From positions 19,964,001 through 20,028,000 of the forward strand of contig JBHGNT010000002.1 of NCBI GenBank assembly GCA_043228905.1: 64,000 nt of DNA, in the 5' to 3' direction. The stretch comes from Azolla caroliniana (lineage: Eukaryota; Plantae; Polypodiophyta). The notes beneath the pieces were generated by a model that did not search any database, was not told the DNA's origin, and was given only the letters and a program-made list of their open reading frames with translations. How positions within the stretch are numbered: the stretch's first letter is position 1; every line of letters starts with the position of its first letter. This document shows positions 50,906 to 62,643 of this stretch, one piece after another. Both the position numbers and the translations under genes were made by a program.

Positions 50906-51578
50906 CACATATCATGTTCCTCACACAATTATCACCAAGTTTTGGTAGAAAATATGGAAATAACAACACGCATGACGAATCGCCACTTTCCAATGGCTAT
51001 TAATACATAGGTCACTACTGGTTGGTGCATGGCAACGTGGGAACCTTAACTCTCCTAATTGTGTAGCGTGCCCAAATGCAATAGAATCAATCCAATGCGC
51101 TCTATGGGACTGCCCAAAGTCCCATCGAATATGGCAGGGGGTTGGCTGCTTATTGCAATTATGCCAGGTGCAAGGCTTAATCAAGTGGGGAAATATATGT
51201 TGACTATCATGGCAGACCCCAATTGACAGAAACGAGCATTAGGAGGAGGGGATGACTTTGGTGATAAAAACCCAAGAGGTTTTTTTCTCCACCATCGACA
51301 ATGTCCACTCAACTCCTATCAATGCCAAATCTCAAGTTGTGTTGGAATTGGTCAGCCCAATAACTCTTTGGATTCTATGGAAACAACGATGTAGACGGGT
51401 CTTCTCCAACCAAACCACGCAACCAATAGTGTTAATGCAAGAGATATGGAGTGAAGTTGTAGCCACTCTAAAGAGCCAATATGATGGCCTCAAGGGCGAC
51501 TCCGATGGAATTGAAAGACAACGACTAGCCTTCAACCAACAATGGTCGTCCTCCCCCTTTATTGAGTCGGTGGGCATT

Positions 51579-54500
51579 TGTTACGAAGGCGCTACGACAC
51601 TTCTGTGTGCACAACGGATCGTGATGTGTTGGTTCGTTTAGTGCTCAAGACAGAAAGGGGAAAGGGGAGGAGACTTACATTTGCACAGTCCAAAAGCTTC
51701 TACTTAGTTACACGCAGAGCTCAACTCACTCTCGTCAGTTTTTTTGTTTTTTGTTATTTTTTCTTCTCTACTCTCACTCTCACACTTTTCTACTTACTTC
51801 TTACCTAAGTTATAAGTGACTTATATATGCAACTAATTAGCTGCCATTAGCTAATTAACTGTTAGTAGCTAAATAGTTGTTTCACCTTTATGTCCACTAG
51901 TAGCTAATTAGCTAATAGCTACTATAGCTTATTTCTCAATAAGCATCACATACCTTTGTTGAGCTTGCTTCTCAACACTCCCCCTCAAGCTCAACTTATC
52001 CTTTCTTTGGATAATTTCCAATCTTCTTTTCTTCATGTTTTTCAGCTACCATGCCGATGGTTATAACTCCCATCATGTCTCTAAATTGTGTATGTTTTTC
52101 CATGCTCAATCCCTTCGTAAGAATATCAACCACTTCCTGATTTGTACTTACATACAACAAATCCACTTCTCCATCAATCACTTTTTCTCTAACGAAGTGT
52201 TAATGCACTTCAATGTGCTTTGTTCTTGCATGGAACACTGGGTTTTTTGCCAACTGAATGTTGCTCATATTATCACACGAAATTGTGAATGTACCATCTA
52301 TATATTCTCCCAAATCAGAAAGCAATCTTCTTATCCATACCTCTTCTTAGGTGGCTATTGCAGCTCCTCTATATTCAGCTTCAGTACTTGATAATGCAAC
52401 AGTAGCTTGTTTCTTGCTACTCCATGAAATGACTGCACTTCCCAATGTAAACATATATCCACCTGTGGATCTTCTGTCAGTTTAGCTTCCAACCCAATCA
52501 ACATCAGTATGTCCTTCCAGTTTTATGTCCAAATCAGCCCTGCAAAACAACCCATAGTTCTGAGTAGCTTTTACATACCTCAAGATTCTTCTAATGCAAT
52601 CCAAATGTGGCTTTGTGGGCTATTGCATAAACTGGTTGACTAATCCAACCATAACTCAAATCAGGTCTTGTTATAGTCAAATATATGAGGTTGCCCAGCA
52701 TAGACCTGTACATGTTCACATCTTCTATTTTGGCTCCCAACTCAGCCCTCAATTTGTAGTTCTTATCTAGTGGTACACCAATAGGTTTGCATCCAAGCAT
52801 ACCATACTTCATCAACATAGTTGTTGCATACTGTTTTGTGACATATATATACCACTTTCATATCTGATCATCTCAATGCCAAGAAAGTATCTCAGCTCTC
52901 CCAAATCCTTCATATGAAATTGCATTTCTAGAATTTTTTTCAGCTTTCTTATTTCATCCATGGAATCACCTCCAATGATTAAGTCATCAACATATATCAA
53001 GATAACAACAATGCAATCATTTATCTTCTTTACATATAATGATGGATTGGTCTTTGACATTTTGAAAGCAAATTTTTTCAGAGATTCTGAAAGTTCTTTA
53101 TTCCATGCCCTTGGTGCTCGTTTCAATCCATAGAGAGCCTTTTTCAGCTTACAAACATATTCTGGATGTTTCTTATCTTCAAAACCTGGTGGTTGACACA
53201 TATACACTTCTTCTTCTAAGTTACCATGTAAAAAAGCATTTTTTACATCCATATGGTGCAGAACCCATCTTTTGGCTGCACTCACAGCAAGTAGTGTCCT
53301 CAATGTTGCCATCTTTGCAACCGATGCAAATGTTTCATCATAATCAATTCCATGCATTTGGGCATATCCCTTTGCCACAAGTCTTGTTTTATGTCTACTA
53401 ACATTTCCATTGGAATCATGCTTTGTCTTGTAGACCCATTTGCAACCTACAACATTTTTTCCTTTCGGTAACTTTACCAAATCCCATGTTCTGTTTTCAG
53501 CCAATGCATCTATTTCTTCTTGCATTGCATTCACCCATTTTTTCTCAGCTTTTGCTTCATAAAGATTGTTTGGATTAGGGATTTGTACCACTTTAGACAT
53601 GTATGCATAATTCATAGCCATATATGTGTCATAGCCAAATCTTTCAACAATCTTTTTCTCTCTATTTGATCTTCTCAGTTTTTGATTTGTATCCTTCATT
53701 GCTTTTTCCATACCAGGGATTTTCAGGGCTCCTATACCAAGCTCATGGTCCAATGATGTATCTGAATCTATATCTTCCATGTTTCTAGAACCATCATCAA
53801 GCATTTCATATTCTGGCATCTTTTGTTTTCCCTTTTTATCATCATATTTTTTGTGGCTTGCATTTTTTCCACTCCATGCATTAGATTTAGATTTACTACC
53901 TAAGCTGTTGATGTTGTCCAGTACATTCCATTGATGTTGAACTTTGCTGTCCAACATTGTTTCCATTCCCATGGCAATCGCTAACATTTTCAGATTTATC
54001 TCTGTCTTCATTTTCATTGTCTTCATCAATTTCTACATTTTGTTTTGGGTTGTACCAACTGCCCAACTTATCAAATATTACATCCCGACTTACCTCAATC
54101 TTTTTTGTCACAGGGTTATAACATCTATACCCTTTTTGCTCCTCTGAATATCCAACAAGAACACATTTTTCAGCTTTTGGATCAAGCTTACTTCTTACTT
54201 CAGCAGGTACATGAACATAGGCAAGGCATCCAAACACTTTTAAGTGTTTTAAACTAGGCCTCTTGCCATAGAAACATTCTTTAGGAGTTATTCATGCACT
54301 CCAGTTGTTATACATCTATTTAGAATATAATTTGCCATGTTTACAACTTTTGTCCAGTAATACAATGACATATTTTTTTCAGTCATTAAAGCTATTGCTA
54401 TGTTCGCCAAAGTTCTGTTTTTCCTCTCAGCAACTCCATTTTGTTGTGGAGTATATCTACATGTATACTGTCTCCTTATTCCTTTATTACATAGAAAATC

Positions 54501-56886
54501 AGAAAACTCATTTGAGAAGTATTCTCCTCTTCCATAATATCTTAGGCATTTTATTCTAGTTCCAACCTGCTTTTCTACCACGCATTTAAACTTACGGAAA
54601 CAACCAAATACTTCACTTTTTTCTTTCATGAAGTAAACCCATGTTTTCCTTGAGCAATCATCAATGAAAGTTACATAAAACTTACATCCACTAATTGATG
54701 CATTTTTTGTTGGTCCCCATACATTTATATGTACAAAATCCAACAAATTTTTGCTTACATGTCTTTCATGAGGGAAAGGCAACTTGTTTTGCTTTCCATA
54801 TTGACATGCTTCACATATTTTGCTCATTTCATAGTCTTTAACTTAGGTAGTCCAACCACTGCATTTTTCCTCAACATATTTTTCAATGTTTGCATACTTA
54901 TGTGGCCGATTCTTTTATGCCACATTTCCACATCTGAGATTACACTCATTCCTTCTACAAACATGGTTGTAATCTTTTTAGGCATATCCACATCTAACAC
55001 AAACATTCTTCCTTGACGTTTTCCTTTTGCAATAAGCTTTCCCAGTTTCTCTATAAAGCATCCACTTTGCTTAAACTTAACTTGCATTCCTTGCTCCACT
55101 ATCTATCCAACAGAAATCAATTTTTTTGCAAGGTTTGGCACATGCATAACATTCAACATATATTTTGTTTTCCCTTTTTCTTCCCACAATGGGATATCTC
55201 CCACATGCTCTATTTGGTGAGTAGTATTATCACCTATCTGTACATAACCAAGAATCTGTGGTTCTCTTAGACTTTCAAACCTGTTTGCATGTCTTGTCAT
55301 ATGATTAGATGCCCCAAAATCTACATACCACATAAACTCTTCATTGCATCTTTGTGAACATTCAACCATTGCTGTTGTTTCATGTTGCACCACAAATGCA
55401 CCATCTTTATCACAGTCTTCATTGGTTGAGGCATAATTATTTTGCTGTCTCTTCCCTCTTTTTTCATCATTTTGCTTTTTATAACATTCAGCCTGTGTAT
55501 GGCCTGGTTTTCCACAATACCAACAACCATCATCATTCAAATAAATTTGCTTACCTCTGCCCCGATTGCTCCCCCTGCCTCTAATGTTGTTTCTTCCACT
55601 TACAACCTGTTGTCCTCTTCCTTGATAATTGTTGTTGGTTCTGGCTAAACCAAATCTTCCATGGCCTCTTCCAGCACTATTGTAGAGGGCTTGCCCCTCA
55701 GTCTCAGAGTTTCCTTTGTTTACATTATCCATCTGATGTCTTTCTTCCACTACAAGCATTGAAACTAGATCTGGAAAACTTGGGATGCTATCCCTTGTGA
55801 GAATAGATGTTTTGAAGCTTTTATATTAAGGTCCTAAGCCTCTTAAGCATATTTCCACCTTATCATCATCTTCTACCTTCACATTGATAGAAGCAAGTGA
55901 TTCACATATGCTCTTTATTTTCAGAGCATACTCATTCACTGACATCTTACCTTTTTCCAAGGTATTTAGCTCAGTCTTCAACTAAAGCTTTCTAGCCTTT
56001 GTGTTCACTGCAAACAGTTTTACTAAATTGTCCCAAGCTTCTTTTGGAAGCATAGCATCATGTATGTGTCCAAGCATCAAATCTGAGATGCTAAGTGAGA
56101 GCCAATGCAATACCTTTCTTGCCCCTTGATTCCATTCCTTAAATGCTTTAATCTATGCAACAGTTGCATTTTCTTCAGGGATCTCTGGAGCCTCTTCTAG
56201 GTCTCCTTCAATGTAATCCCAATATCCTTTTCCCATAAGGAAATTTGTCATTCTGAATTTCCACATAGGGAAATTATTTTTGTCCAATCTTTCTGTGACT
56301 ATTTGGCTTCCATTCTCAGCAGCCATTCTCTCTTTCAATTAGGCTTAACTTCATAGACAACTCTCTCTCTGATTCAGATAAGCAACCAGAACCAAACTTC
56401 TCAGATCTGTACTGCTCTAATCTTCTTTAAGAGCAACTTAGCTCTAATACCATGTTACGAAGGCGCTACGGCTCTTCTGTGTGCACATCGGATCGTGATG
56501 TGCTGGATTGTTTAGTGCTCAAGACCGAAAGCGGAAAGGGGAGGAGACTTACCTTTGCACAGTCCAAAAGCTTCTACTCATTACACGTAGAGCTCAACTC
56601 ACTCTCGTCTGTTTTCCTGTTTTCTGTTCTTTTTTCTTCTCTACTCTCACTCTTACACTTTTCTACTTACTTTTTACCTAAGTTATAAGTGACTTATATA
56701 TGTAGATAATTAGCTGCCAGTAGCTAATTAGTTGTTAGTAGCTAAGTAGTTGTTAGTAGGTAAATAGATGTGCATAGCTAAATAGATGTTTCACCTTTAT
56801 GTCCACTAGTAACTAATTAGCTAATAGCTACTATAGCTTATTTCTCAATAAACATCACATACCTTTGTTGAGCTTGCTTCTCAACA
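51579..56886 (-). mobile_element. Full-length but frameshifted Ty1/copia LTR retrotransposon
   Basis: LTRs 51579-51977 and 56453-56886 (tgtt...aaca), PBS tggtattagagc (tRNA-iMet type), PPT gagggggag. Gag with CCHC (CWYCGKPGHTQAEC), protease WYVDFGASNHMT, integrase PQQNGVAERKNRT, RT YVDDLI, RNase H. Degenerate TSD gcatt/acatc. Confidence 0.95.
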
Positions 56887-57220
56887 ACATCCACATAAGA
56901 TGGACCTATCGCGTCCCTACAAGGATTTGTATATATTAATCTCATATGTAAAACTTTATAACTAATGGAAGGAGTTTTTTTTTGGAAAAGAAGAAGAAGA
57001 AGAAGAAGACCAAACCGGAGATTACATCATAAAGTGTTGTCTTGTCTTCAAGAACAAACCAAGATACATGTAAACAAAGTAAATCAAATCAAGTGTCACT
57101 AACAAATCTCATAATCAATACATGTAAGATTCCAAAAACACATAATTTGAAACTTATTGTCTTCTAGATAACTCTATCACCTATAATGCCCAAAGATAAT
57201 GGCCTTTATATGTTAACTGC

Positions 57221-58399
57221 TGTCGTGAAGATTTTCGGCAATGATGTGAAAATCACATAAAACGTATAAAATCGAGTATGAATCACATAAAACAATAATA
57301 GTGAAGATAACATTTTAAATAAGTTTAATATCTAAGTACAAAATGATGGAGGTCTTCAAGAGCTTTCGAATGCACTTTATTACACGAGAAATGGACAACT
57401 AGATGTCAAGATATGAGGGTATAAAGTTTGTGAAAGGAAAAGAGAAAATTGTGAGATATCCCACATAGGCATGACAAATACGACTCTCATCATATATAAG
57501 GTAGAGCAAAAGTTATTATCTTTGTGTCTATGTGTTGAGCATAAAGAGTTCAAGGTAACTTGAACTAAGAGTGGAGGTGGCCTAGCTACTTGTAAAGGTT
57601 TTGGCCAACAAAAACCGGACCGACGACGGAACCGTCATCCGACGGAGCCGGCGAGCCGGTGGAACCGACATCCTGCGAGGCGGCGGCCACCGATAACCGG
57701 CGGCAACCGGCGAGGCGGCAGCCACTAGTAACCGGAGACATCCGGCGTTGGCGCACCGGCATCCGACGGCAGCCACCAGTAACCAGCGGCATCCGGCGAA
57801 CCGATTAGATAAATAAATATATAAATATATATACATATACAAGGAGGGCAAGTAAGTATTCAAACCTTGCACCTCCAAGTTGAGAGTCTATAGGCTTACC
57901 ACTAAGCGAAGACATTTTCTTGAAATAATTATTTTATCATTGTAACTTTACATGTAAATTCTCATACATGAGAGCTAAAATGAGTGACGTGGTTATCATG
58001 CACCACATGTAATACATGAGCGCCAAATGGCAAACATGCATTTTATGCATGTCTTGAACCCTCAAATGCATAAGGGTATCTATAAAAGAGGGGATAAAAA
58101 AGATCAAAAGGGGGGTTTTTTTTTGAAAAAAGAAAGCTTTGTACTTTAAATCAAAATTAATATTAAGAAGAAAATTCGTTATCCTTTTGATGATATACCT
58201 TGTTCTTGAAATCTAAAGTCAAGAATTCTTAATCTCTCTCTCAATCTAAAATCAAGCGTTCTATCTTTTCTCAATCTCTCTCTTTCAATCTATCTTAATT
58301 CCTTTCTCGCTAAAGCTAGTGCCAACGTTGAATCCTTCCTGTCCAGAACCTCGACGGTTCTGCCTCGCGATCCGTGCATAGTGACAGATCTTCACGACA
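57221..58399 (+). mobile_element. Element A: 1179-bp solo LTR of a related TGTCGT...ACGACA family
   Basis: 12-bp terminal inverted repeat tgtcgtgaagat...atcttcacgaca and TSD ctgc/ccgc. Shares the 3' motif gtccaRaacctcgRcggttc and the tRNA-like module with the neighbouring LTRs. GC-rich repeats at 57615-57802. Confidence 0.8.
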
Positions 58400-59081
58400 C
58401 CGCTTTCGTAGTGTATTCCACACACTACGTGAAAACCGTAAAATAATATATTCGATTTTAGATACATATAAATAGATAAATAATATATCAAAATATTTAT
58501 CACGTGCATAGGGCAAGATTTGAACCCTACACCTCCACGTAGATAAACTTCAACTTTACCATTAAAATAACTTATCTTTAGTGTTATACATATAGATTTA
58601 ATACGTATAAGACCTTTATTTACACATACCTTTATAAAAAGGTAAAAATCATGTATTCTTTAGGGTGTGAATATTTTATTTACACGTGACATTGAAAGTG
58701 ACTCATGCACATCTAGCGTGCATGAGCCCTATATTTAGGAAATGACAAAGCATCACATGCACATTTAGTGTGCATGGACACTTTAGGTGAAAAAGCATGA
58801 AGCCATGCTTAGCCTCTTCCATCTTTATATAAGGAGGAGAGAAATATGTATAAGGTTGTTGATTATTTTTCTATAATGATCAATCAATCTAAAATATTCG
58901 TGGGATTCACGAATTTGCTAAAATAATTCTCTCTTACTACCTAAATATTGACTAAGTATACTAAACTCGTGGGATTCACGAGATTCTTATCTTATAACTC
59001 TTTATACCTATTCTTTACTAGCCTTATTTGTATTTTTCTTTCTCCTAGTCCAAAACCTCGGCGGTTCCGAAAGTCGTTGAC

Positions 59082-59642
59082 TTGCTCAAGGAGAAGGTGG
59101 CGAAGGGGATTCTAGAGCCATCAACTGCTCCATACTCAAATCGATGGTTTACGGTTCCGAAGAAGAATGGGTCACTCCGATTTATCCAAGACTTGCAACC
59201 GTTGAATAAGGTCACGATCCGGAACTCGATAGTCGGTCTGATAGTGGACAAATTTGCGAAAGCAATACGCCGACAACAAGAAGCACGATTTCGGAACAAA
59301 AGCCGGTTCGACACAAAGCACCGACTACGACCGAGGAGGATTGAAGAAGGAGATTGGGTGATTGTCTATGACAGTAGTTTGGACCATCAACATACAATGA
59401 TGCGGAAATTCGCGAAAAGGTGGTTCGGGCCATACGAGGTTCGGAAAGTCTTCGACAACGGAACGTACCGACTGTTCGAGTTGGATGGAACAATACTACG
59501 ACTGCCTATAGCCGGGAAGCGGGTGAAGATTTTTAAGAAGCGAACCGACGACAAACCCTATGTGATCCAAGCCAAGGCCGACAATGAGGAGCAATCGGAT
59601 GAAGATCACGGTGATGCGGGAAGCGAAGAAAGTGAATTATAA
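59082..59642 (+). pseudogene. Gypsy pol remnant: RT N terminus fused in frame to the integrase C terminus (GPY/F region)
   Basis: GILEPSTAPYSNRWFTVPKKNGSLRFIQDLQPLNKVTIRN is followed directly by RQQEARFRNKSRFD...GDWVIVYD...KRWFGPYEV...NGTYRL. Confidence 0.85.
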
Positions 59643-60419
59643 CTCATAGTCGACATAAGGGGAGAATCAGAGGAAGCTTTGGGTGAAGACGGATATGAGG
59701 AATCGAGAACTTCGGCACATACCGGAGGATGTGCGGGTTCGGAGGGGGCGAGTGTCGTAGTGTATTCCACACACTATGTGAAAACCGTAAAATAATATAT
59801 CCGATTTTAGATACATATAAATAAATAAATAATATATCAAAATATTTATCACGTTGTCGTGCCTTTCGGCGTCAGATCGTTTGCGTGAGTCGGGTGGGAA
59901 CCGCTGGGGTTTTGGACTAGGAAGAGGAGAGTTTTAAGGCTAATAAGAATATAAATATGTTGTAAGAAAGAGTTATAGCAAACTCGTGAATCCCACGAGT
60001 GTATTGTATTAGATTAATCAATATGAATATAAGAATATAAACTTCGGTTGAAAGAGAATGATATAGAATTCTCGTGAATCCCACGAGTATAGTTTATTAA
60101 TTGGTGTTTTTTAGAAACATATCCAGTTTCCAAATATTTTTCACACCCAATTACATTGTGCTTCCCCATCCTTATGTAGTGATGAGGAAGTCTTAGTAAT
60201 CCATGCTTTTTCTCTAACTATAGACCCCATGCTTTTCCTATAGATAGACTATATGCTTTATCTAAAGTGATCATGCTTTTTTTTCTAACTTGTGCGTTTT
60301 TTATCATGCACGTTAGATGTGTATGTGTAGCTTTTTCTTTTGTTATGCGTTTTTCTAATGTTTATCCTAGCGTGAATTTACCTTTCTATGTGGGACATCT
60401 ATGCTTTAACACTAATGAA

Positions 60420-60488
60420 ATGCTAGTGTAATGGTAAGACATTACATTATTAACATGGAGGTGCAAGGTTCGAATCTTGCCCTATGCA
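60420..60488 (+). promoter_or_regulatory. tRNA-like Pol III A-box/B-box module inside the LTR, antisense to the element (second copy at 63213-63281)
   Basis: A-box tagtgtaatgg (60424-60434) and B-box ggttcgaatc (60467-60476) at tRNA-like spacing; T-arm-like stem gcaag/cttgc; T-run at about 60500. Confidence 0.65.
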
Positions 60489-60587
60489 TGTTTCATTTAT
60501 TTTGCTATTTTCTTCTATTTCTTCATTTTTTATTGAATCTAATACTATATACGTTTTTCACGTAGTGTACAAAATACACTACGACAC

Positions 60588-62609
60588 TCACCCCCTCCAA
60601 ACCCGCACATCCTCCGGTATGTGCCAAAGTTGTTGGTGTTTGTTAGTCTCCTCCGTCCGGTCTCTACCCGATTGGTTTCGTTGCCGGCTCGTAGTACCCT
60701 CGACTTCTCTTGTTATGTTGACTTTGTCTCTCCATTTGGAGCACATCCATTCTTTCCACCCGAACCATTGTCGACATCCGATCCACCATAGTCTTCGTTT
60801 GCTTTTTGCATGGCCCGCTTGGTCCTTGTCATCCGCGGTAGTATCTTTTCTTGCCCTCTTTCTTTTCTTCATCAATCTCGACTTCTTTTCGGATTTTCGG
60901 TTTAGTCGGATTAGCTTACTTCCGATTCGGTCTCGTCGAATCGTCTTTCGTTTAGTTCGGCTTCCTTTCCGATTTGTATTCGGTCGATCCGGACTCGGTT
61001 GATCGGTTTTTACCGATTCAGTGCTCTTTCGGGTCGGTTTCTTTTCTTTTCTTTTCGTCCGGATTTGCTTTCTTTTCTTCGTTTTCACCTGCCTTGTCCG
61101 GTTTGACTTTCGGCACTTCTTTCCGTTGTTCGCCACGTAGGTCCTCCGATATGTGCTCGTTGTTCGGTCCTCGTGTGGTTGTAATGCATGCTTCTTTTCT
61201 CGCCGTAGCGCGTGCTTCTTTATTCGCCATAACACGCGTTTCTTTATTCGCCGTAGAGCGTGCTCTGTATTACGCGCTTCTCCCGTCGTAGACCCGACCT
61301 CCGCATTGTCGCACTTTCTTTTAGATTGGAATTTCGGATGGATCATTTTCCATCCGAACCGACTTCCGACTTTACCTTCCTCGTCGCCATCTCCCGTCTC
61401 TCCGGTCTCACGTTGGTTCTCGGACACAACCGCCGAAGTCTCTAGATATTGTTGGCATGAATCCTCGGTATTACCTTCTTTCATAGTTTCACCCTTAGCA
61501 TTCTTCTCGGCTATCTCTTCATCGTATTCGTCGGCTTCGACATTCGTTTTCTCTCCGCCACCTTCCGTCTCTTCGGTCTCACGTTGCCTTTCGATCGCAA
61601 CCGCCGGAGTCTCTGGAATTAGTGGTGGGGAAGTCTCGATATGGCAATCCGCCATTGATTCGTCCATAGCCACCTCCGATTCGATTTCGTCTTTTGTGGC
61701 TACCTCCTTAATCACATCCGCTTCACACTCTTTATCTGCATCAATTATGCAAACATCTATTATGCTTACCCCTTTTTGACCCGATGTCTCGGGCACTTGT
61801 ATCCCGAAATTTCCTTCTACACTTGAATTATCGGCCTTATCCTTCGCCATCGTTCTTTCACAAGACGAGTGGGTGTCTTGTTCCACTCTTTCTCCCGTGG
61901 TACCATCATGTTGTATTTCGGCCTTCATATTGGCTTCATCGTTTTTCCTCAATCGACCATCCTTCATGGGCCATGTCGTTGTTGACGAGATTCTCAGCTT
62001 CCTTTCATCATGTCTTCGGCATACCCTTTCGACTTTAGCCCAATCCTCGGTAAGGCCGTTCGCACCGTCATCATCTTCGAGTTCGATCCCAATGTCCATC
62101 CTTTCTTTTCGATCGATCGATTTTACGAACATTAGGACTTTATCTTCTCCCACCAATCGTTGTTCCCGCTCCGAGAGTCGAGCAAAACGATGCTCGAACT
62201 CTAGGAATGCTTGTGTTGCACTTCGGTGGGTCTTCTCCGATGCCACCCATTCGTCAAACTCGCGTCGATCTCGTCCCTTCGATCTCTCGTAGTCATATGC
62301 CTCTCGTAAAGCTTCTTCAAATGATCCCCATGTCGAGTTTTGTTGCCGTATCTTGTAGATTCTTTCTTGTAACTCATCCGTGGCTACCCGACTGAAGGAT
62401 ATCACTTGCAATTCTTCTGGTATCCCACATCGCATCATCTCCCCTTTGTAGTCACGTAGATAGCGTGACACATCATTTCCGTTGAATTCCCCATTTCGTC
62501 GCACAAGCCGCTCTACTGCCGCCTTCATCTCCGTCATCGCGCGTTGTTCTTGTTGCATCCGCTCAACCATCATCATCATCATGTTCATCACCTCTTGTTG
62601 ATTCTCCAT
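60588..62609 (-). CDS. About 673-aa ORF of element C: gag-like N terminus followed by an acidic and then a Lys/Arg-rich low-complexity region; no PR, RT or IN
   Basis: Open from the first ATG at 62609 (the ORF track extends it to a GTG at 62630 inside the PBS) to TGA 1 bp before the 3' LTR. FNGNDVSRYLRDY...WGSFEEALREAY resembles a gypsy gag capsid; no pol motifs seen. Confidence 0.75.
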   Translation of the reverse strand: MENQQEVMNMMMMMVERMQQEQRAMTEMKAAVERLVRRNGEFNGNDVSRYLRDYKGEMMRCGIPEELQVISFSRVATDELQERIYKIRQQNSTWGSFEEALREAYDYERSKGRDRREFDEWVASEKTHRSATQAFLEFEHRFARLSEREQRLVGEDKVLMFVKSIDRKERMDIGIELEDDDGANGLTEDWAKVERVCRRHDERKLRISSTTTWPMKDGRLRKNDEANMKAEIQHDGTTGERVEQDTHSSCERTMAKDKADNSSVEGNFGIQVPETSGQKGVSIIDVCIIDADKECEADVIKEVATKDEIESEVAMDESMADCHIETSPPLIPETPAVAIERQRETEETEGGGEKTNVEADEYDEEIAEKNAKGETMKEGNTEDSCQQYLETSAVVSENQRETGETGDGDEEGKVGSRFGWKMIHPKFQSKRKCDNAEVGSTTGEARNTEHALRRIKKRVLWRIKKHALRREKKHALQPHEDRTTSTYRRTYVANNGKKCRKSNRTRQVKTKKRKQIRTKRKEKKPTRKSTESVKTDQPSPDRPNTNRKGSRTKRKTIRRDRIGSKLIRLNRKSEKKSRLMKKRKRARKDTTADDKDQAGHAKSKRRLWWIGCRQWFGWKEWMCSKWRDKVNITREVEGTTSRQRNQSGRDRTEETNKHQQLWHIPEDVRVWRG

Positions 62610-62625
62610 CCCCTTGCCACCCGTC

Positions 62626-62643
62626 TTCACGTCGGGTTCACCA
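62626..62643 (-). promoter_or_regulatory. Primer-binding site complementary to the 3' end of tRNA-Trp(CCA)
   Basis: The plus strand reads ttcacgtcgggttcacca, the 3' 18 nt of plant cytosolic tRNA-Trp as recalled; it lies 4 nt from the 5' LTR. Confidence 0.85.

Larger units (their letters stand above)
47900..56985 (+). mobile_element. 5'-truncated L1 LINE (RT and C-terminal part) hosting a solo LTR and a full-length copia element
   Basis: RT motifs CPGIDG, WRPITLLN, LLDFEKAYDKV, QGCPLTPSLF; LWILWKQRCRRVF near 51370; LINE-like sequence resumes after 56886 (IRWTYRVP). Confidence 0.85.

Noticed and set aside
57221-58399. Element A as a DNA transposon because of its 12-bp TIR
   Set aside because: TG...CA ends, a 4-bp TSD, a TATA-like box and motifs shared with the adjacent LTRs fit a solo LTR better.
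60420-60488. Functional tRNA gene
   Set aside because: No convincing acceptor or anticodon stem and it lies inside an LTR; reported only as a tRNA-like promoter module.
60484-62395. Plus-strand ORFs (172, 208, 139 aa) within element C
   Set aside because: Antisense shadows of the long minus-strand ORF with no independent motifs.
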